A stretch of DNA of 64,000 bases from Parcubacteria group bacterium. Its GTDB lineage: Bacteria > Patescibacteriota > Minisyncoccia > Moranbacterales > UBA2206. The notes beneath the pieces are model-generated. The model was not told the DNA's origin. It saw nothing but the letters and a program-made list of their open reading frames with translations, and searched no databases. Both the position numbers and the translations under genes were made by a program. The stretch lies in assembly GCA_041659505.1 (NCBI GenBank), contig JBAZYF010000001.1:502712-566711 (forward strand). The letters run 5' to 3'. The number at the start of each line of letters is the position of its first letter. Within the stretch, counting starts at the first letter, position 1. Shown one piece after another: positions 28,393 through 37,336 of this stretch.

Positions 28393-28677
28393 ATGGCAGG
28401 CAATATCAATAAAGATGCTTTGGTAAGCGCAATCAGCGAAAAGACTGATTTGTCCAAGAAAGACATCGAAATGGTTTTGGAGACAATGATTGAAGTTATC
28501 ACTAAATCTCTAAAAAGCGGAGATAAGGTAACAATGACCGGTTTTGGAACTTTCAAGGTTTCTAACCGTGCAGCGAGAGAAGGAATCAATCCTCAAACTA
28601 AAGCTAAGATCAAAATCCCAGCAATGACCGTTCCTAAATTTACAGCTGGAAAAGCTTTGAAAGAAGCTGTGAAATAA
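28393..28677 (+). CDS. HU family DNA-binding protein
   Basis: AAGGAGGTG RBS; 'FGTFKVSNRAAREGINPQT' HU arm; start set to internal ATG. Confidence 0.85.
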   Translation: MAGNINKDALVSAISEKTDLSKKDIEMVLETMIEVITKSLKSGDKVTMTGFGTFKVSNRAAREGINPQTKAKIKIPAMTVPKFTAGKALKEAVK

Positions 28678-28724
28678 ATTTAGTTTGAATATATTTTCTA
28701 GAAAATAAATTAGAAGATAGCAAT

Positions 28725-28753
28725 AAAATCCCGCGCAAGCGGGATTTTATTAT
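28725..28753 (+). terminator. intrinsic terminator (AAAATCCCGC gcaa GCGGGATTTT + T-run)
   Basis: perfect 10-bp stem then TTTTATT. Confidence 0.65.
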
Positions 28754-28921
28754 GCTTATTGACTAAAGGGCGGTTTACGGATATGATTTATAAGTCAGTA
28801 AAAACGGTATGTAGCTATATTATGGCCAAGCGGGCTTGCCCGCCGGAGCTTTAGCGTAGTCCTCCTTCGCGTGATACTAGCGGGCCTTGCCCGTCGTAGT
28901 CACGCTTCGGCGGGACGGAGA

Positions 28922-28992
28922 CGGGGCGTTGTGTAATGGTAGCGCGCTTGGTTTGGGACCAAGTAGTCCGAGTTCGAGTCTCGGCGCCCCGA
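28922..28992 (+). tRNA. tRNA-Pro (TGG)
   Basis: acceptor CGGGGCG/CGCCCCG, anticodon stem CTTGG/CCAAG loop TTTGGGA, T-loop TTCGAGT. Confidence 0.8.
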
Positions 28993-29026
28993 CAGAGAAA
29001 CAGAATGTTTTAGAGTTAAAAATAGT

Positions 29027-29287
29027 ATGTTGTGCTATGTTTATGTCCTAGAGAGTAAGAAAAATAGAGATTTCTATAAAGGGTTTACCCAAGATATAAA
29101 CAAAAGACTAAAGGAGCATAATTCTGGCTTAACCGAGTCAACGAAAAATCACAGACCATGGAAGCTAGTCTATTGTGAAATATTCCTAAATAAGCAGGAT
29201 GCGATTAATCGAGAAAAGTATTTAAAGGGCAATTGGGGTAGGAAATTTCTCAAAGAAGTATTGAAAAATTATATAGAAAATAGATAA
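29027..29287 (+). CDS. GIY-YIG nuclease family protein (free-standing)
   Basis: 'YVYVLESKKNRDFYKGFTQDINKRLKEHN' GIY-YIG motif; between tRNA-Pro and tRNA-Gly. Confidence 0.7.
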   Translation: MLCYVYVLESKKNRDFYKGFTQDINKRLKEHNSGLTESTKNHRPWKLVYCEIFLNKQDAINREKYLKGNWGRKFLKEVLKNYIENR

Positions 29288-29402
29288 ATTGTTTCCGGCG
29301 TGCCTGCGGCATTTGCTTGCGATATGGATAGTAAGTGCTCTCCGATGATAGCTAAGCTTAAGAAGATGTATCACTTATTAAGTTCGGTGGCAAATGCAGC
29401 AG

Positions 29403-29474
29403 GCGGGTATCGTATAGTGGCTAATATACGTCCTTGCCAAGGACGAGCGACGGGTTCGATTCCCGTTACCCGCT
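29403..29474 (+). tRNA. tRNA-Gly (GCC)
   Basis: acceptor GCGGGTA/TACCCGC, anticodon loop TTGCCAA, T-loop TTCGATT; 3' 9 nt overlap the stop region of the serine recombinase gene. Confidence 0.8.
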
Positions 29475-31085
29475 CAAAGATTCAAAAACGGCCTCCTTAT
29501 GGGCTGTTTTTGTTTTATCTAAAGCAAAATCAGTCAGTTCTAACCTTGGGTTTTGAGCCTTTATGGTTTCTATGCCTTTTTCAATGATTTGGTACTGTTT
29601 TCTCAAAGTAATATCAAGGATTCCGTCTTTAAGGATAAAGCTTGAACCTAGCGATCGCAGTATTGTAGTCTTGGTTTTATAGTCTCCAGCGTTAAAATTC
29701 TCTTTTGCATACACTGCGAATTTGAAAGTTTTTTCCGTCAGTTCTAACCATTCGTCGGCTCGTTGACTTAAATTGTCCAAAGTCTGTTCAATTTCAGACT
29801 TTTCTTTTAAAAGGGATAGTTTTTGCGTCTTAAACTCTTCTTCGCTTAGGAGTTCTTTATCTCCGTTGGAAGGCGAGATGAAGACTTGCAATAGGTTATC
29901 AATTCTATTCTGGCAACTCTTAAGCGTCTTCTGCTGATTTTCAATCATAATATTTCTGTTGTTGACTTCAAATTCATTATCTCGACTTAGTACCTTTAAC
30001 GCAAAACCTAAAAAGCTTTCTGGCAAAGCCACACTTTCCAATTTTTTGATGATCTGGTCATTGATTTTGTCAAAAGAGATGGGCTTTTGGTTGCAATGCG
30101 TGTCTAATTTCTTCCGAGTGCAACGGTGATAAAGAAAACTTTTTATGTTACCCGTGGATTTTATTCTTTTAGTCTTGATCTCTGTGGTGATGTGACAGCC
30201 ACATTCACCACAGCGGATAGTGCCACGATAGGGCAGATCCTTATGCCTATTTTGTGGTTTCGTTTTAATCCCCAGTAGTCTTTGGACATGGTCAAATTCA
30301 TCAGATCGTACCATGGGAGTATGTTTTCCTTGGTACGTTTTTCCCAAAAAATCATATTGACCGCAGTAGAAAGGATTGATGAAAATTTTGTATCCATGCG
30401 TTTCATGGAGTTTAAAATCTCCCTTTTTGGTCGTTCTTCTAAGCCCCCATTCATTGTTGGCAATGTCAACTATTTTAGAAACCGAATATTCTCCCGTTAA
30501 CATCAAATCCCACATTTTGCGAACGATAGGAAATTTCTGATCATCAACATGTATAACTTTACTCCCTTGATCTCCACCTCTATCATTCAAATATCCAATC
30601 GGTGCTCGCCCAGGTCGCCATCCCTTCTCTGCCTTGGAAAGCATGCCTCGTTTAACATCTCGTCCAAGATCGATAATATATTGACTTGCCATTCCGAGTT
30701 CGACGGCCATCATCATCACATTATCAGCACTCCGATATTCTCGCCCAGGAGTTTGGATTGATTGGATTATTCCTTGTTGAAGCAACCATTGAATTTCGCC
30801 TCCGTCAACCGGATTTCTTGCAAGACGATTTATTTTCCAACAAAGTATTCCACTTGCTTTGCCCTTTTTTATTTCAGTCATCAATTTATTGAACTCTGGG
30901 CGACCTGGTTTTTTAGCGGATTGATTTTCTTGAAAAACGCCTTTAATTTCAAGATTAAGTTGCTTGGCAATTCTGCCAAGTTCCTTTTTTTGATCTTCGA
31001 TTGATTGGATCTGGCGATCTTCTGAGTCAGTCGACTTTCGGAGATACATCAGATATTTTGGCTTGCTTTCCATGGTGTAATACAA
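29466..31085 (-). CDS. large serine recombinase
   Basis: N-terminal resolvase catalytic domain ('YLRKSTDSEDRQ...'), recombinase domain, zinc ribbon 'CGECGC', C-terminal coiled coil. Confidence 0.85.
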   Translation of the reverse strand: MYYTMESKPKYLMYLRKSTDSEDRQIQSIEDQKKELGRIAKQLNLEIKGVFQENQSAKKPGRPEFNKLMTEIKKGKASGILCWKINRLARNPVDGGEIQWLLQQGIIQSIQTPGREYRSADNVMMMAVELGMASQYIIDLGRDVKRGMLSKAEKGWRPGRAPIGYLNDRGGDQGSKVIHVDDQKFPIVRKMWDLMLTGEYSVSKIVDIANNEWGLRRTTKKGDFKLHETHGYKIFINPFYCGQYDFLGKTYQGKHTPMVRSDEFDHVQRLLGIKTKPQNRHKDLPYRGTIRCGECGCHITTEIKTKRIKSTGNIKSFLYHRCTRKKLDTHCNQKPISFDKINDQIIKKLESVALPESFLGFALKVLSRDNEFEVNNRNIMIENQQKTLKSCQNRIDNLLQVFISPSNGDKELLSEEEFKTQKLSLLKEKSEIEQTLDNLSQRADEWLELTEKTFKFAVYAKENFNAGDYKTKTTILRSLGSSFILKDGILDITLRKQYQIIEKGIETIKAQNPRLELTDFALDKTKTAHKEAVFESLSG

Positions 31086-31109
31086 AATTTAACACGCACC
31101 TAAAATCGA

Positions 31110-31289
31110 TTATATAGCGCTCTTATTCTTTGTACACATATCAGAACGCTTTTTTATCGGCTTGTACACCGACCGAACCAGCTCGACTAAGTTTTCTGAA
31201 ATTTCAAAAGCCTCTTTAAGTGAAATTTTTTCGCCCGTTTCTTTCTCGTAGAGTATTTGAAATTTTTTAGCGTCTGATTCGGTTATCAT
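31110..31289 (-). CDS. small hypothetical protein (59 aa) between recombinase and NTPase genes
   Basis: ORF just below track cutoff; no motif. Confidence 0.2.
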   Translation of the reverse strand: MITESDAKKFQILYEKETGEKISLKEAFEISENLVELVRSVYKPIKKRSDMCTKNKSAI

Positions 31290-31446
31290 TTTGATTGTTA
31301 TAATTTAGATTTTTTCTTACACCCATTACACCGATAGCGATTTTGCCTTTAGACAAAACATTCTATGGGTGTATGACTTTCTATTGAGATACATCGGGTG
31401 AATGATCGCTTTTACACCAAACAACATCATGTTTAGTGTCTTACAC

Positions 31447-33018
31447 CTAAAAAAGAGTGCCTTCTGAAACACTTTGTTGCTCCGGTGTAGGAGGTGTAAT
31501 ACTTTTGCTAAAATAGCTGGCGTATATGGTCTCTACCTTGCTTTTTTCAAACAAGTAGCGGTTTCCGTTTTTTGTATGTCTCTTTTCAGATGAGAGATTG
31601 AAGTTTTTGATCGCACGTCCGACCATATTTGCCTTGTGTTTGTCGTTTTTTGCGTCACTGAAAATTTTTACATCACTTGTGTAATCGATGTATTGAGCAA
31701 TTTCTTTCGGACTAAGTTCGATCATGTCTTTTCCTTCGAATTGTTCAATAACGGCAATGGCGACAGCTTCTTCAATTTCAGATGGTTCATATTCGGCGAA
31801 TCCGTACCACGCAAGAAAGCGTTCTTTTGCTCCTTCAATTTCATCTGCCCAGCCAAATAGTTTAAAAATTGTTTCTATTGGAAGCCAAAGCTCCAGTTTG
31901 CGCCCGACGATGTCATTATTCTCACGGCTTTCTGATTTGCCAACAGTATAAAGTGAGCCAACTTCGCCGTAATTATTAACCAAGAATTTATAAATCATCC
32001 CTCGTATTTCTCGCCAGTTCTCGTTGTCGTCATCGGGATCGTGAAAATTCTTCTGACTTCTGATAAGTGGAATAACTAAACATCTATCTCTTAAGTCTTC
32101 TGGGAGTTCTTTTATGGATGCAAAAACTTTTGGTGAATAGGTTTCAAATTCTAAGATTTCTCTGCGACCTTTATTGACATTCATGATCCTTCTTTTGCCA
32201 CCACCTTTTTTGTACGAATCAGCCAGTAAATCTAAAAGTCCGCTGTTATCCTTGGGGTTTATGGAATCTGCTTGATCGATTAGATATGTACCTCTTAAAG
32301 CATCAACTGTATCACCTAAGGCCGCCATCGTTGGGCGTGATTTTAAGGCGTTGAAGCAAACTTGTCTTAAGAAGTTAAGACATTGGCTTTTGCCCGATCC
32401 TTTGGGAGCTTTGATGTTGAGAAAAGGATATGCGTAAAAGATTGGGAAAAAGTAAGTTCCAGCTATCCAAGCCGATAAAAGGTGATAATCAATTTCTTTT
32501 TCCAGCTCAATGTATTTTTTGGCCAATCCCGTAATTTTATTCGCCATCTCTTTCGGATTGGGAATGGTGTTATTGGCGATTGTAAAATTCTCAACAAATT
32601 TTTGTAAAGCGTCCATACTCCAGCGATCTTCAATCCACATCAATTTTCGCTTTTGTAGTTCCAGAAAGTATGTCTCCGTTGTGTCGTTCTCATCCTCATC
32701 ATTTTTAATCACGATTATGTCTTTGTCGGTAAGCATGATAGCCCTGTCTCTCATTATCAAGAAGACATTTTTTTCTTCCTCTACCGAAGCTCGGTAGCGA
32801 AATCCTAAGACCAAAAAATTATCTCTTATATCTAGTGATGGATGGAGAATTTTTTCTCCCATGCTTTCGATTTTATTTTCTTGTAGTTTCTCTGGCGGCT
32901 GTACAGTAACCATTTCTCCGTTTGGAAGAGTAATTTCGATGGTAGAATGTTCGTTGTTTTTTTCTTCCTCGATTTCTTTTTTAAGTTCTTCGAGCTTTTT
33001 CTCTGATTGTGTTTCCAT
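31447..33018 (-). CDS. P-loop NTPase (phage/plasmid primase-associated, D5/SF3-helicase-like)
   Basis: Walker A 'APKGSGKSQ', Walker B-like 'TYLIDQAD'; start abuts stop of upstream zinc-finger gene. Confidence 0.5.
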   Translation of the reverse strand: METQSEKKLEELKKEIEEEKNNEHSTIEITLPNGEMVTVQPPEKLQENKIESMGEKILHPSLDIRDNFLVLGFRYRASVEEEKNVFLIMRDRAIMLTDKDIIVIKNDEDENDTTETYFLELQKRKLMWIEDRWSMDALQKFVENFTIANNTIPNPKEMANKITGLAKKYIELEKEIDYHLLSAWIAGTYFFPIFYAYPFLNIKAPKGSGKSQCLNFLRQVCFNALKSRPTMAALGDTVDALRGTYLIDQADSINPKDNSGLLDLLADSYKKGGGKRRIMNVNKGRREILEFETYSPKVFASIKELPEDLRDRCLVIPLIRSQKNFHDPDDDNENWREIRGMIYKFLVNNYGEVGSLYTVGKSESRENNDIVGRKLELWLPIETIFKLFGWADEIEGAKERFLAWYGFAEYEPSEIEEAVAIAVIEQFEGKDMIELSPKEIAQYIDYTSDVKIFSDAKNDKHKANMVGRAIKNFNLSSEKRHTKNGNRYLFEKSKVETIYASYFSKSITPPTPEQQSVSEGTLF

Positions 33019-33019
33019 A

Positions 33020-33658
33020 TTATTGGAGCGACTTTATGGCGTTTTTGAAATCAACTCCATGAAGAAGCATATAAAATTTAATTACATCGCCCTTTTCGTG
33101 ACATCCGAAGCAATAAAAAGTATTGGTTTCGGCGTAGAAATAAAGTGAGGGTGTTTTTTCGTTGTGAAACGGACATAGTGCGACGAAATTTTTACCCGAT
33201 GATTTAAGTTCCAGCTTATCTCTGGCGAGTTCAATGACTGATCTCGACTTAGCGATTGCGATCATCTCTTGAAAATTTTCATATCGAGTGAATAATTTTT
33301 TTGTCGGACCTTCTACGATCGCAAGTTGTCTTTTGAGTTGAAAAATACGGTTTTCTATTTTGAGCAACTCTGGGATTCTAAGTTTTTCAAATAGAACATC
33401 GTAAAGCCACTGATCTTTTTCTGGAATGCCGACTAAATCTTTTTTAATTTCTGTTTTTAACCTTTCATATTCCTTTTTCCATTTCGAAATGTTTTCAGAA
33501 AGCATTTCTTTGCTTGGGCAAAAAGCCTCGACCAGCTCCTTGTCATTAAGCTTTGGTAGCGATCTTTTCCAGTGATTTTCTAGCTCGAGTGAGTGATAAA
33601 AAAATTCATCACTGTCAATGTAGTCTTGATTAGATTGGCTCTTAGACATTGTTTTCAT
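33020..33658 (-). CDS. CHC2 zinc-finger protein (primase-type zinc-binding domain at C-terminus)
   Basis: 'CPFHNEKTPSLYFYAETNTFYCFGCHEKGD' = C-x2-H-x17-C-x2-C. Confidence 0.55.
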   Translation of the reverse strand: MKTMSKSQSNQDYIDSDEFFYHSLELENHWKRSLPKLNDKELVEAFCPSKEMLSENISKWKKEYERLKTEIKKDLVGIPEKDQWLYDVLFEKLRIPELLKIENRIFQLKRQLAIVEGPTKKLFTRYENFQEMIAIAKSRSVIELARDKLELKSSGKNFVALCPFHNEKTPSLYFYAETNTFYCFGCHEKGDVIKFYMLLHGVDFKNAIKSLQ

Positions 33659-33783
33659 GCTTTTAAAAATTAAAAAATCCTTACCGTATTATGGTAAGGA
33701 TTGTAAATCAAAATTAAATTTAACGGCGTGACATTATGGGTCAATCCTAAATGTCACACTTCGTTGGGTTGCATAGTATATTA

Positions 33784-34632
33784 CTAATCGTTTGGCCTAT
33801 CTAGCTTTTTCATTGCAGAAAGAACCTCATCCTTGGTCATTGCTCTCGGTTGCGATACTTCTTTCTTTCGGCTAATAACTTTTCGAACGTATGCGAAACT
33901 TCCTTCTTGGCTTAGTCCTAATTCATCAGCTACCCTATAAGAGGTCAGTCCTTTTTTATGCAATTCAATTATTTTATCTTGCTTGTCACGAAAAATTTTA
34001 GAATGGATGGCTGGTAAGGGTAAATTATTTTTTCTGGCTGTTTCAAGTTGAGAGCGTTTTATATCTGTCCAATTGTCGTCAATCATTTTTTTCAGATCAG
34101 CCTTGGTTGCTTCTGGATAGACAAAAATCAAGGCCGAGAGATCTTTTTTGTTATAAAGAAAACCTTCAATATCGTATTCAAATCCAGGCCAAAAGAAAGC
34201 AGTATTCACCTGACAGCCATACCCTGTTGCCAATGAATCTGCCAATTCATATAGCGGTTTGTTTTTACCGAATAAGATAAATGAATGAAGATGGGTCGAT
34301 GCTCTCCGTGGAATTTGAAATTTGTCTAAAAGTTTTTCGGAAAAGTCATTGCTGTATAGGTTGTTCCAAGAAAGAATCATGGCTAGTAAATCTGGATTGT
34401 TCTTGTGTAACTTTTTTAATCTTTCTATCTCAGATTTACTTTTTGGGTCTATGTGTGACTGTAAATTATTTTTTACTAAAAAACCTCTCTCGTTTTTTTG
34501 TGTTTTAAATCCATTTTTAGGAATGCCCAGTTTCTTTCTGAACAAGTGGATTTCGTCCATAAAATCAACTCTATCCGCCAGGTTTAGTATTTGTTCAATG
34601 TATTTATTTTCTGGGTTGTCTTTCGTTTTCAT
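33784..34632 (-). CDS. hypothetical protein with C-terminal HTH
   Basis: 'GLTSYRVADELGLSQEGSFAYVRKVISRK' helix-turn-helix-like. Confidence 0.4.
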   Translation of the reverse strand: MKTKDNPENKYIEQILNLADRVDFMDEIHLFRKKLGIPKNGFKTQKNERGFLVKNNLQSHIDPKSKSEIERLKKLHKNNPDLLAMILSWNNLYSNDFSEKLLDKFQIPRRASTHLHSFILFGKNKPLYELADSLATGYGCQVNTAFFWPGFEYDIEGFLYNKKDLSALIFVYPEATKADLKKMIDDNWTDIKRSQLETARKNNLPLPAIHSKIFRDKQDKIIELHKKGLTSYRVADELGLSQEGSFAYVRKVISRKKEVSQPRAMTKDEVLSAMKKLDRPND

Positions 34633-34706
34633 AATAAGTATATTTTCCCATTAGATGAGACAAAAATCAAGTTGCATTTTGCCTTATTTTGTTGTATTTT
34701 ATATGT

Positions 34707-34825
34707 GATACCACAAGTTAATAAATACTGAGGCAAACCTCTGAGGTTTTTGTCCTATCACGCCCTTTAGCGGGCGGCTCGATGCACATGATAGGACACC
34801 TCGGTGTTTCTTGACTTGTGGTATC
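34707..34825. repeat. nested inverted repeats (outer GATACCACAAGT/ACTTGTGGTATC; inner TGTCCTATCA/TGATAGGACA; core GCCCTTTAGCGGGC)
   Basis: seen directly; about 120-bp potential cruciform/long hairpin at right edge of recombinase element. Confidence 0.75.
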
Positions 34826-34884
34826 CGTCGGGTCGTCCACTCAAGCGGAACTTCTCGGCGATCTAATTGATTTAGGTCGCTTTT

Positions 34885-35295
34885 ATGTTTAGCGAAAAAG
34901 TTGAATATCCAAAACTAAACGCAAGACAGAAAGAAATATACAACTTTCAAAAAGCTTCGGCCGTTTTTGCTGATTACGGGTATACAACTATCAAACTTTC
35001 AGACGACTGGATGGGCGCTGATTTTCTCGCGATCAGTTTCAATGGATCAAAGTATTTGAAAATCCAACTGAAAAGTCGACTGACTTTTGAAAAAAAATAT
35101 CTAGGCAAAGATATTTTTGTTTGTTTTTATGATAAAAAAAGTGGCACATGGTATGTCTATGCTCATGACGAAATGCTAAATAGCTTCATCAGCGGAATTG
35201 AAAATAGCGACTCGTGGAAAATAAGCGGAGGATACAGCTTCCCGTATTTAAACGACAAGGCGCAAAAATGTCTTAGTCAATGTGCCCTAGGGTAG
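34885..35295 (+). CDS. hypothetical protein
   Basis: ORF only. Confidence 0.35.
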   Translation: MFSEKVEYPKLNARQKEIYNFQKASAVFADYGYTTIKLSDDWMGADFLAISFNGSKYLKIQLKSRLTFEKKYLGKDIFVCFYDKKSGTWYVYAHDEMLNSFISGIENSDSWKISGGYSFPYLNDKAQKCLSQCALG

Positions 35296-35357
35296 GATTG
35301 TACCTTTTTGTATTTACGGCTTACTTTATAAACTACTATTAAACAGCCTCAACCAAA

Positions 35358-36443
35358 ATGAAAATCAAAAACACAATTAAAGAATTCTCAAATAAAATCG
35401 GAATCATTTTTCTAGTCATCTTTTTAGTCGCAATTGCGATAACGAGCATAACTAATATCAGTAAGGACAAACCGTCAGTTTTGCCCACTGTTATTCAAAA
35501 AAACAATCCCGAACGTCTGAAACAAAGGTTTCAAAAAATGACTGAACTTGAAACTAAAAAAGAATATGAAAAAATATACGACAGCTACTTATCGGCGGAA
35601 TCAAAAAAGAAAGTCAAGAGAGGCATGTTCATAGAGCCGCCAAAAAATACTATTGTTGGAAATAAAGAAGTGCTTTATAAGAAATGGGAAATCAATGATG
35701 TGGTAATTAAGGGCAATACTGGATACGTAGACAATACAATCGCTTACTGTTTCAATGAGAGCTGCGACGATCGAAGCGAATCCAAGGTATATTCAGACTT
35801 TGTCTATGAAAACGATAATTGGTTTGATAATGGTTGGAGCCATATTTTAAAGCCAGTGATGTGTCTTAGGGACAGTGGATATGATATTCCAGAAGAATTT
35901 AAACGGTCAATCAGCTTGATAGTTCAACGACTTGAACAATCGGGCAGTGCTTCGGCAAAAAATAACGCCGAAGATATAAAGAAAATTTCAAACTGTCTTA
36001 ACATTCAGTATGCCGATTCTGTCCAAGAAATGAACGAAGCCGAGGGATATTTCATATTTCTACCTTCGCAATCTTTAGGTGATTACACCATAAAGATATC
36101 GCCGAAGTATAGTACGAAAGATGATCTGTTGACTGCAATTTTATTATCCCACGAAATACAGCATGCCGTTGATTTTGTTTATGGGAATTACTCGGGAGCT
36201 GGACGAGACTGCTTCGATCTCGAAGCTCGAGCGTTTACTATGCAAAATAATATAATTTCTGCCATGAATAAGGAGGAAATAAATTCGTTAGTTACGAGAG
36301 CAGCGGTTGGAAATTCTACCGAAGCTACTCAAATTGTGGATTTATACATTATCATTCCAAAACTCAAAGGAAAGGATTATCACGAAAAAGCGTTGAATTT
36401 TGTAAAATCAGAGCCATTTTATCATGAACAATGCAAAAAATGA
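35358..36443 (+). CDS. membrane-anchored/secreted HExxH-motif protein (putative zinc metallopeptidase)
   Basis: N-terminal TM/signal 'IGIIFLVIFLVAIAITSI'; 'LLSHEIQHAVDF' HExxH. Confidence 0.4.
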   Translation: MKIKNTIKEFSNKIGIIFLVIFLVAIAITSITNISKDKPSVLPTVIQKNNPERLKQRFQKMTELETKKEYEKIYDSYLSAESKKKVKRGMFIEPPKNTIVGNKEVLYKKWEINDVVIKGNTGYVDNTIAYCFNESCDDRSESKVYSDFVYENDNWFDNGWSHILKPVMCLRDSGYDIPEEFKRSISLIVQRLEQSGSASAKNNAEDIKKISNCLNIQYADSVQEMNEAEGYFIFLPSQSLGDYTIKISPKYSTKDDLLTAILLSHEIQHAVDFVYGNYSGAGRDCFDLEARAFTMQNNIISAMNKEEINSLVTRAAVGNSTEATQIVDLYIIIPKLKGKDYHEKALNFVKSEPFYHEQCKK

Positions 36444-36694
36444 ATTAGTTAGAAAGGCTGGACCCGACAAAGGGTCTTTTTCTATTCCTCGAACCCCTAG
36501 AACATCCCTAGGAGCACAAAAGGTCAAAAAGAGTGCAGATATATGGCCGAGAGTCAAAATATTCGCTTAGGATGAAATCGTGGCTTGAAAGACGAAAGGT
36601 TTCAAATGAAACCTTTATTTGTGTTTGCTTAAATATTTTAGGCGTGTACGAAATTATAAAAGCACTTTACAATAAGACTATGTAAATCGAACTT

Positions 36695-37006
36695 ATGCCT
36701 GGAATACAAGGTCAAAATTTAGGAAATCAAAACGCATTCGGGAATTTGGGTGGAAAATCACTGAACGATCGAAAACTCGCAGCTGAAGTGAGGACTTTGG
36801 TATTAAAGAAAATCAAACAATTATTAGAAATTCCAGACTGCGAAAGGTCGGTAGAAGAATTTGAATTGTATCGAGCCGTTCTGATTAAGTTGGCGGGCTC
36901 AATTCTTCCTCGTTTAAATGAAGTCACTGGTGAGGATGGTGAAGGGCTGACGATCACTATTGCACCGGAGATTGCAGAAAAGAACGGGATTGTGGCAATG
37001 TCCTAA
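36695..37006 (+). CDS. hypothetical protein
   Basis: ORF flanked by intrinsic terminators (36589-36622 upstream, 37085-37118 downstream). Confidence 0.35.
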   Translation: MPGIQGQNLGNQNAFGNLGGKSLNDRKLAAEVRTLVLKKIKQLLEIPDCERSVEEFELYRAVLIKLAGSILPRLNEVTGEDGEGLTITIAPEIAEKNGIVAMS

Positions 37007-37336
37007 AACAAAAAAGGTTTAAAACAAAACATTCATTCGTGTTTGCTCAAATAAATTGAAAAGGTGTCCTTAACGGTATATTTGACCCTCTTGACTTCAA
37101 GGAGGGTCTTTTTGTTGTCCCTCGGAGTGCCATAATACTCCTGGTCGCTCAAATTAGCCAAAACAGTAGAAATGTATGATAAATAAGCCAAAATATCTCC
37201 TGGGGATGGTAATGGACTTCGAAGCACAAGCAAAAATGTCTTAGGCGAAACATTCCTTCTGTTTTTTATAAGACTCGACAACTAAGACTTTTTTGAATAG
37301 ACTCAATATATAGTTTATTTTTTAAGGTCTAAATTT

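Larger units (their letters stand above)
29466..34830. mobile_element. putative integrative element at tRNA-Gly 3' end (serine recombinase, small ORF, P-loop NTPase, CHC2 zinc-finger protein, HTH protein); right boundary not determined
   Basis: recombinase gene abuts and overlaps tRNA 3' end; replication-type cargo; no attR copy of tRNA 3' end found by eye. Confidence 0.4.

Noticed and set aside
28790-28920. Possible tmRNA / SRP RNA
   Set aside because: No tRNA-like acceptor/T-arm pair, no tag-peptide reading frame, and no SRP domain IV GGAAGCAG-type motif. Kept only as a generic structured-RNA candidate.
29300-29587. 95-aa plus-strand ORF
   Set aside because: Fully overlaps tRNA-Gly and the 3' end of the serine recombinase gene, so it is spurious.
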